A DNA stretch of 64,000 nt from Candidatus Lutacidiplasma silvani. Lineage in GTDB: Archaea > Thermoplasmatota > Thermoplasmata > Lutacidiplasmatales > UBA184. Of the stretch, positions 57,055 to 64,000 are shown in pieces (within the stretch, counting starts at the first letter, position 1; each line of letters begins with the position of its first letter). The notes beneath the pieces were generated by a model. It was not told the DNA's origin. It ran no database searches and was given only the letters and a program-made list of their open reading frames with translations. The position numbers and the translations under genes are program-made. The DNA is taken from positions 5,651-69,650 of the forward strand of contig JAKIVZ010000001.1 in NCBI GenBank assembly GCA_022750295.1, given 5' to 3'.

Positions 57055-59766
57055 ATGGATCGCGCCCCTTCGGATCCGGCTCGTCGAGTCCGAGGGTCGG
57101 TCGCCACGGCGTCGTGGACTCGAGCGGGCACCGCCTTGCTCGTCACGCTCGCGCTGATCCTGACGATCGGCGCAGGACCCGGCTTCCCTATTCCGTCCCG
57201 GTCCGCGGCTCCGTCCGAAGGAGCGGCCGCCTCCGACTCCGGGCGCTCGCCCGTCCCGGTCCCGTCCCCGCCATCGAACATTGGGTCCAGCCCTCTTTCC
57301 GTCAACGACTCCGTCTCGACCTCGACCGTGTGCGCCTTCGGGGTGGCGACGTGTCCGGGGATTCCCGGCGCGGTGCAGGTCCGGCTCGCCGTGGCGGCCC
57401 CTTCCCTTCCCACCGGGAACCAGTCCCGCGTCGAGGTGCTCTACCTCCTCGACGTCTCTCAAATGACCACCGACGAGAATCTCTGTCCGTCGTTCGGCTC
57501 CTGCGTCCCCGGGGGCACGGGGGCCGTCCAGATGTTCACCGCCTCCGCGGGCACGATTGCGGCGACCCTGCAGCGGGCCCACCCCGCCATGAACCTCTCG
57601 TTCGCGATGGCCGTGACCGAAGGGACGACGGGGGCGTTCGACGACGACGACAGCCCCGTCTTTGCGGTGCCGGTGGGCGACTTCACGAATGCCACCGAGT
57701 TCGGCAACGCGGTGAACCGTTCCTGGACGCTCCCCGGCGATATCGATGTGGCGGACAACGCCCTTCAATCCGGGGTCATCGCGGCGATGTACGGGGCCTT
57801 CACCGGTCAGTTCGGCGACACCCCGAACTTCGCGTACAGCCAAGTCAATTGGACCCCCAATAGCCGCCACGTGGTCGTGTGGATCGGCGCGACGGCCCCT
57901 CAGGACCCGAACTACCTCGAAGACTACTGTCCCATCACCGGGGACTCTTCCTTCTGCGCCTCCAACGATTCGACCGGGGGACTGGAGCCGACCTGCGAGC
58001 CGTCGTTCAACTTTTCGGCCGGTCCGAGCCCCCGGTGTGAGGGGTGGGTCGCCTCGCAGGACGCGAACCCCCTGGACTCGATCGCCGCCCTCTCGCGAGG
58101 CGGGGCCGCATGCCTCAACTCGAGCCTCGGCCGATGCACGGTGGATTCCATCATCCTGAACGCCACCTCGACGAACCCCGGGTCTCCCGACTGGGCGCCC
58201 TCCAATCGGTCCGGGGACAATGCCTCCGATGTCCAGCAGAACACCGCGCACGTGGTGGCCGCGGGATGCGATCTCGCCACCCTTAGCGGAGGTTCGTGGG
58301 ACGGTCCGCAGAACTCGACCTGCGGTAACGTCTCCGGCACACTTCCGTACATCCCCACGACGCACAACACCCCTCTCTTGGACGCCCTCGCGAACGTCTC
58401 CGTTGGCGGGACCGGGGTGGGAGGGATCGTCGCGTCGCCGGCCGGCCCCGCCCCGATGTTCCAGTTCGTCACCACCCCGACGTTCGCCGCGGCGACGACG
58501 CTGAACGCGAGCGCCCAGTGCTCCTCCCCCGGCGGACCGCTGGCGGAGTGCCCCCAGTCGCCCTCGGTGACGGTCGTGAACGGCAGTACGATCCTCACCT
58601 GGAACTGGTCGAGCGCAGGGTCGCCGGGGGCGATGGGTACGGGCGATGTGTGGTCCGCCGTCTTCGACCTTGCCGCGGTGGGCGGCCCGTCGAACGGCAG
58701 CCTGCTGGACGAATGCAGCTCGCCCGAATGCGTCGAGGCCCCGAACGGGTCGGCCCCGCCGGCCACGAGTGGCGTCACGTACGTCCCCTGGGGTCTCTCC
58801 GGGGTTCTCCTCCAGTCGTTCGGGCCGCTCTGGGTCTCCGTCGCGCCCACGTCGGTCTTGGTCGCGGCGCTGGTCCCGTTCGACTCGGTCGTCGAAGCCC
58901 CGGCGAACGTGAGCCTCCAGCTCGTCGCCGCCGGCGGGCATCCGCCGTACTTCGTGACCTGGACGTTCGGGGATGGCACGACGGAGACTACCCCCTCCTT
59001 GTTCGAGAATCATACGTACCTCGGCGGAGGATCGTTCCCCCTGGCCGTCGGGCTCCGCGACTCGAGCGGGACCCTACGCAACTTCACCCAGACGATCACC
59101 GTCGTTCCGCCGCTCGTCGCGACCGCTTCGCCCCTCGTCGTCAACGGCACGGCTCCGTTCCCGGTCTGGTTCCACGCGGACCCCGGGGGTGGGGAGGCGC
59201 CGTACGAGGTCGTCTGGACGTTCGCGGGCGGGGATTCGGACACCGGGACCCTCGTGGAGTTCACATTCTCCACCCCGGGGAACTTCACCGTGGGCCTCGA
59301 AGTGACCGATGCGTTTGGGAGGACGGTCAACGCGACCGTGACGGTGAACGTCTCCCCCGCGACCCCATCCACTCCCCTCGCGGTCACGGGCTCCGCAAGC
59401 GAGCTGTCCGAGTCGTCGTGCGGGACCGGGAACCTGAGCGCCCGGTTCGTCGGCGTCGCAGATGGGGGCGTTGCCCCCTACTCGTACGCGTGGACGTTCG
59501 CCGGCGGCCAGGTCGAGTACGGAACTCCCGTGACCGCGAGGTTTGTGGGGAACGAGTCGAGGATCGCCACGTTGTCCGTGACCGATTCTGACGGGTCGAC
59601 GGCTCATGTCGAGGTCGGGCCTCCATCGGAGATTCCGGCCCTGGACCAGACCTGCGCGACCCCGTCGTCGGGACTCTTCTCGCCCGTTGTCCTCGTGCTT
59701 CTCGCGGTGGTCGTCGTCGGCTCGTTCGGGGCCGTCGTCCTCCTTGTTCGATCCCGGGGACGATAA
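57055..59766 (+). CDS. Large surface protein: Cys-rich vWA-like domain, 3 PKD repeats and C-terminal TM
   Basis: N-terminal hydrophobic helix; 'VLYLLDVS', 'HVVVWIG'; WTFGDG/WTFAGG repeats; TM followed by RSRGR. Confidence 0.78.
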   Translation: MDRAPSDPARRVRGSVATASWTRAGTALLVTLALILTIGAGPGFPIPSRSAAPSEGAAASDSGRSPVPVPSPPSNIGSSPLSVNDSVSTSTVCAFGVATCPGIPGAVQVRLAVAAPSLPTGNQSRVEVLYLLDVSQMTTDENLCPSFGSCVPGGTGAVQMFTASAGTIAATLQRAHPAMNLSFAMAVTEGTTGAFDDDDSPVFAVPVGDFTNATEFGNAVNRSWTLPGDIDVADNALQSGVIAAMYGAFTGQFGDTPNFAYSQVNWTPNSRHVVVWIGATAPQDPNYLEDYCPITGDSSFCASNDSTGGLEPTCEPSFNFSAGPSPRCEGWVASQDANPLDSIAALSRGGAACLNSSLGRCTVDSIILNATSTNPGSPDWAPSNRSGDNASDVQQNTAHVVAAGCDLATLSGGSWDGPQNSTCGNVSGTLPYIPTTHNTPLLDALANVSVGGTGVGGIVASPAGPAPMFQFVTTPTFAAATTLNASAQCSSPGGPLAECPQSPSVTVVNGSTILTWNWSSAGSPGAMGTGDVWSAVFDLAAVGGPSNGSLLDECSSPECVEAPNGSAPPATSGVTYVPWGLSGVLLQSFGPLWVSVAPTSVLVAALVPFDSVVEAPANVSLQLVAAGGHPPYFVTWTFGDGTTETTPSLFENHTYLGGGSFPLAVGLRDSSGTLRNFTQTITVVPPLVATASPLVVNGTAPFPVWFHADPGGGEAPYEVVWTFAGGDSDTGTLVEFTFSTPGNFTVGLEVTDAFGRTVNATVTVNVSPATPSTPLAVTGSASELSESSCGTGNLSARFVGVADGGVAPYSYAWTFAGGQVEYGTPVTARFVGNESRIATLSVTDSDGSTAHVEVGPPSEIPALDQTCATPSSGLFSPVVLVLLAVVVVGSFGAVVLLVRSRGR

Positions 59767-60083
59767 CGAACCTCGCGGACCGGTGGCGCCCGGAACACGA
59801 GTCTTCGCCACGAGGATGGGTTGAGAGGGGGGGCCGAACAGATCGCTCGCTTCGGGCGACGGGAGTCGTCGGCTCCCCCGAACCTCCCCGGCGACACCGG
59901 TCTCTTCGGCCGGGGCCGCCCCGCGAACGAGTTCGGGCCCCCGACCGGGGGTCGAGCCAGAGCCCGCGGGTTCGGCCGACGGAGTGGCGTTTCCGAGCGC
60001 TGGGACCCGTTCCGGAGCCCCAACCGCCGACTTCGGTCGCGGGGGGAAAGCGGCTTAACCGTCCTTGTCTCCGCAAATGCCGC

Positions 60084-60371
60084 ATGGGCGACATCGCGAG
60101 TATCCGCGCCAACCAGAATGCGACCTTCTCCGCGGCGATCACGGCGATCTCCGCGCCCCGTGAGGTCACGACCTCGCGCGGCACCTCGTCCGTCGCCGAC
60201 GCCACGCTTCAGGACGAGACCGGCACGACGACCCTGACCCTGTGGGGCGACGACATCTCGAAGTACAAGGTCGGCACCAAGATCCAGATCACCGACGGCT
60301 GGGTCAAGGACTTCAAGGGGAAGCTCCAGGTCTCTCTCGGACGCTCCGGGAAGATCACGATCCTCCCGTAG
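60084..60371 (+). CDS. Single OB-fold ssDNA-binding protein (SSB/RPA-like)
   Basis: 'VADATLQDETG...LTLW.D...G..I.I..GWVK.FKG.LQ..LGR.G.I'. Confidence 0.85.
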   Translation: MGDIASIRANQNATFSAAITAISAPREVTTSRGTSSVADATLQDETGTTTLTLWGDDISKYKVGTKIQITDGWVKDFKGKLQVSLGRSGKITILP

Positions 60372-60618
60372 GCGAACTCCTTTCGACAACGGGCTCCCGT
60401 CCACCTGCGTGGACGGGTGCCCCCATTTCGCTTTCCGGGGGCGGCGCGAGTCAGCCCGCAACTCTGGAGCCTAGAACGGCTCTACGCTCGGGGGGCCGCC
60501 GAAGTCTAGGAAAGGAGTTGGCGGAGGTCGATGGATTCCGAGTTGCCCCGGTGCGAAACGCCGCGGAGTCACATCCACCGCGCGGGTAGGTCCTACATCG
60601 GAACGCCATCCTCGCAGC

Positions 60619-61150
60619 GTGGCCACCCTGGAACTTCCGCCCGTGGGCCGGCTCATTCCCTGCTCCGTCGATTGGAAGGTCGGGACGAAACCCGATTCGC
60701 TCTGGCGACTTTGGACCAGCGGGACGGACTCGGAGCGCTGGTAGGACCCGGACGACCTCTTCACGACGCTTGGTCCATGGCAGGTTCGCATCGGCGGGGC
60801 GGTCGAGTACGTCATCGCCGGGATCGTGGACGATTCCCATCGGGTGGGGAAGTTCGAGGACGCGGGGATCCTGACGTCCCCCCCCCGCGGCGTAGGGAGT
60901 TCCCTGCAGGGCGTGCCGTCGGGAGGGTCGGGCACTCCGTCCGTGGTTGGAGTTCGGCCCCCGATTCCCGCGGATCGAGTATCGAAGGTAGGGCAAGTTC
61001 TATTCCGAGCCCGACCGGATCTCTGTCCCCCTGACGGCCGAGTGCCCCACCAGCTCCCACTGGCCGACGCTCGGCCGGTGGAATCTCGATGGGCAATCGG
61101 ACGGTTCGATGCGGAACTTCGCGATTCGGCTCCCGACGTACGCCGTCGAG
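60619..61150 (+). pseudogene. SRPBCC-domain pseudogene (3' end approximate)
   Basis: 'LWRLWTSGTDSERW*DPDDLFT...VRIGGAVEYVI' resembles the W..WT....WWGP...R.GG...Y motif; TAG at 60742-60744; degenerate downstream. Confidence 0.5.
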
Positions 61151-61237
61151 TTCCCCTTGGCCCGGCGTCCCTCGAACTGTCGCGGGGCGCCGCTCCGGAT
61201 TTTCCGTCCCGTGGTCCCGCGTTCGGGGACGCGCGCC

Positions 61238-62263
61238 TCATTCGCCCGAGCGCGCCGGAGCTGGGGGTGGCGGGCCGGGGAAGTCGGCCCCGGCGGGAAT
61301 GGCGGAGGTCGTCGGAACAGGTGGGTGACCGGCCCGCGGCACCGGATCACCCGCCGGCGAACCGGGAGACGACGGCGTGTCGGGAGCCGAGCCGTCTACC
61401 AGCTTTCGGGATCCGGGGAGTTTGTAGAGAGAGTACGCGGCGAGCGCCACGACGGCGGTGGCCAGCGTCCCAAAGAGAAGGTCGCCCACGACCGACCCGA
61501 CCCATCGCAACTTGAGGACGACCTCGGTGAGGCCGAACGTGACGACTAGGCCATCCATCGCCATCACGAACCGGGTGAACACGTCTCGAGACACGCGACT
61601 CATGAGCCACGTACCAACCGGGACACCGATCACGACCGGGATGAGCAGGTAGGGGATCAGCCCGAGCGAGGGGGCGGCTACGAGATTGGCGCCTAGGAAT
61701 TCGGTGAATGCGAGATAGGTTACGAGCGTGAGACTCGACTCCGCGACCCGGACCTGGGCCATCGTGCAGCGGAATTCGTTCTTCGACAGTCCCTGATTCC
61801 GGAAGAACACGGCAAGCGGGGGTCCGGAGATGGTCGTGAGGGCGTAGAGGAAGCCGACACCCGGACCGAGGACCGCACCGCCGCGACCCTCGTTGGAGAA
61901 CGGGCGCCGGAGCCCGAGGAGTTGGACGAAGACGACCGGGAGCAGCACGAGGTAGACCGCGACCTTCACCTCGTTGACGGCGAGGTACGTCAGCCCGATG
62001 GTCCCCAGCACGACCCCGGGCAGGAGGGTTTTCACGACGGGCATGGCGCGCGCGGTGGTCGCGGAAATGTAGGCGCGCTCTCGGTACAGGAGGGTGACGT
62101 TGACGAGGAGCTCCACGCTGACGAGCGCCGGATTCAGGAGCTTGTTTGAGAACCAGAGAACTCCCACCGGCGTAACGATCGAGGAGAACCCGTACCCGAT
62201 CGCCCCGTTGATAATCGCGGCGAACAGGGCTACGAGGGCGAGGTAGAGGTCGGAGACGTTCAT
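61238..62263 (-). CDS. TauE/SafE (sulfite exporter) family membrane protein
   Basis: 'AAIINGAIGYGFS...P' and 'TTISGPPL' repeats; about 8 TMs. Confidence 0.85.
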   Translation of the reverse strand: MNVSDLYLALVALFAAIINGAIGYGFSSIVTPVGVLWFSNKLLNPALVSVELLVNVTLLYRERAYISATTARAMPVVKTLLPGVVLGTIGLTYLAVNEVKVAVYLVLLPVVFVQLLGLRRPFSNEGRGGAVLGPGVGFLYALTTISGPPLAVFFRNQGLSKNEFRCTMAQVRVAESSLTLVTYLAFTEFLGANLVAAPSLGLIPYLLIPVVIGVPVGTWLMSRVSRDVFTRFVMAMDGLVVTFGLTEVVLKLRWVGSVVGDLLFGTLATAVVALAAYSLYKLPGSRKLVDGSAPDTPSSPGSPAGDPVPRAGHPPVPTTSAIPAGADFPGPPPPAPARSGE

Positions 62264-62469
62264 GAGGGGGTCCGGGAAGGGCTAGGGGTGCACACGCATC
62301 CATACTTACTCCTGTCGGAACCGACCCGGGTCGTCTCACGTTTCAAACGTGGGGCGCCCGGCGGTTCGTCCCGTCGTTTTCGGACTCCCGGTCGAAGACG
62401 GGTCCGGTCGCGGTCCCACGGCCTCTTGGGTTCGGAGTCCCGAGCTTCGAGGGTGCGGGGCAGGAGGTT

Positions 62470-63240
62470 GACTCTCCTCGAAGAAGTCCAATCGGTCCTT
62501 CCGTCGAGCCGCGGGTGGGAAATCGAAGATCCTCTTGTTCTCCCGAAACCGTTCGCGGCGCGTGCTCCTCGAGAACGAGACCACGCCGGGCGGCACCCTC
62601 CAGCGGAGAAAGCCCTCAGCCGCCGTCCTCGTGGGGGCCCGGGCTCCGTCTGGGAGGTCGGGTTGTTCGACGCGGGCTCCGCGGAGGAGCGGGCGGTCCC
62701 CTCGGGCGCGGTCCTTCGATTCCGTCAGTATTCTCGGTCGTCGGTCCGATCCAGGCACGTGTCAAACCCCAGCTGTTGACCGCGGGAACGATCGACGCCG
62801 CCTTCGCGAGTGCTTCGAGCTGATTGACGGTGAAGTCGCTGGCTCCGACCGCCCGGCACCGGTCGGTGGAAGTCCCCCTATGCCCCTCCTTCCCTCGTTC
62901 CATTTTTCCCCCCTCCAGCCAGCGGATCAGGGCGGAGCCGACAGGTTCGGTCCCCAGGTGATGCAACCGCTCCTCGACCGCCGCCGCGGTCCGGATTTGG
63001 TCTTGATTGGCCCGGACAATCTGGTGGTCACGCAGCGCGGGCCGAGGGGAATCCCGATGTCGCCGATTCCCAGTCGACTGCTCGTTCGTACCGGCATGCC
63101 TGGGCCGTGTCGAGCAGTCGCCACCTGTAGCGCAGCGCCTCGGGCCGTGAGGCCGGGGTGTCAGCCCGGTCCTACGTACGTCACGAAACCGAGCATCGGG
63201 ATCTCTCGGCCTTGGTTCCGCCGCAGGCGAACCGATGCAA
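62470..63240 (-). pseudogene. Aldo/keto reductase pseudogene with multiple frameshifts (boundaries approximate)
   Basis: Fragments in different frames: EIPMLGFVTY, RLLDTAQAC, GASDF...LEAL...IVPAVN, RERFRENKRIFDF. Confidence 0.7.
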
Positions 63241-63577
63241 CCCGTCCCATCGAACTCGGCCCTCGAGTGTTGGGCATGGAGGGTTCTTTCCCCGCGGCAG
63301 GAGGCACGCCGTTGTCCCGGGGAGTCGGCGGGGAGCTTAGTCCTGTTCGGATCCGAGCCCGGCGGATCTGGATTCCATCCTCTCGGTCCGCGCCCGAGCG
63401 CGTTCGGAGCGGACGTTCGGGGGGCGGCCAGAACGGGCGGCCGCTCCGGTCGGTGATACCCCCAGTGAATCAGTAAGTTCCGGCGGGAACGGAGACGCGC
63501 GAGTGCCGGGTTCTTAGGGAGAACGATGTACCGGACCGTCGGGTAGGCCATTGCAGGTCGCCCCGGAAGGATCGAGA

Positions 63578-64000
63578 ATGAGGAAGAGAGGGAATCTGGC
63601 CGTCGCGGCGATGCTCGGCGTGGTGATCGCGGTCATCTTTATGGTGCCCGCGCAGGCCTCGTCCGTATCCTCGCTGCCGACCGCGTCGAACCACGGAATC
63701 GACTTCCCGCCCACCACGGCCGAACGAGCGATGGGCGCACCGGGCCCGATGCACGGGCCGTCGGTCGCCGTCCACCCCTCGAACCTCGCTGACGCGGTGT
63801 TCCCACCGACCGTCTCGCCGCCGCACGCCGGCGCGCAATCGTTCGTCCCCGGCTGCTCGAAGACGGCATGCCCGATGGGCGTGACCGACTATGGCATCAC
63901 GCCGACGGGCACGAGCTACGGCTACACCGCCGCCACGATGTCGGCGTACGCCGACGTCTCGGTGCTGAAGATCGGCGCCGCCACCGGCGGCGGATGCCTC
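63578..64000 (+). CDS. Thermopsin-like secreted protease, N-terminal part (runs off the window)
   Basis: Signal peptide MRKRGNLAVAAMLGVVIAVIF; 'PMGVTDYGI' thermopsin-type motif. Confidence 0.7.
   Translation, partial: MRKRGNLAVAAMLGVVIAVIFMVPAQASSVSSLPTASNHGIDFPPTTAERAMGAPGPMHGPSVAVHPSNLADAVFPPTVSPPHAGAQSFVPGCSKTACPMGVTDYGITPTGTSYGYTAATMSAYADVSVLKIGAATGGGCL

Noticed and set aside
34313-60744. TAG recoding (pyrrolysine or Trp) suggested by in-frame ambers at Trp-like positions in two loci
   Set aside because: TAG terminates many intact core genes here, both loci show other signs of decay, and TGG to TAG is a common single transition.
1-64000. CRISPR arrays, rRNA genes, IS transposases
   Set aside because: I saw no regularly spaced direct repeats, rRNA signatures or transposase motifs.

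Overview
This is a very GC-rich archaeal chromosome segment. The markers are Rpo4/RpoF, L21e, Pus10, DUF655, XerA, a DUF6015-like protein, a thermopsin-like protein and TATA boxes about 25-35 bp upstream of start codons. Together these suggest Thermoplasmata, plausibly an uncultured soil or acidophile lineage (inference). Layout: (1) 0.1-8 kb, small stress and ligand-binding genes with two visible operator sites; (2) 9-22 kb, housekeeping core (ksgA-DUF655-rpoF-rpl21e-pus10, ncsA-like, xerA, thyX, metG, tRNA-Cys); (3) 22-33 kb, metabolic genes plus a membrane-anchored PNGase A; (4) 33-37 kb, a decayed type IV (AbiE-like) toxin-antitoxin pair with its operator palindrome, and an HNH nuclease; (5) 37-43 kb, an orphan divergent PstS and a candidate iron-linked module (FoxG/NapH-like polyferredoxin membrane protein, HTH-ferritin-like regulator, ZIP transporter, ribA); (6) 43-60 kb, large PKD/kelch/vWA-like surface proteins and an unusual single-chain heme-copper oxidase (subunit I fused to a CuA-less subunit II-like region, plus a tiny 2-TM partner); (7) 60-64 kb, SSB, two pseudogenes, TauE and a truncated thermopsin-like gene. 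I found no CRISPR array, rRNA or intact transposase. Family calls come from motif recognition by eye, not database searches.
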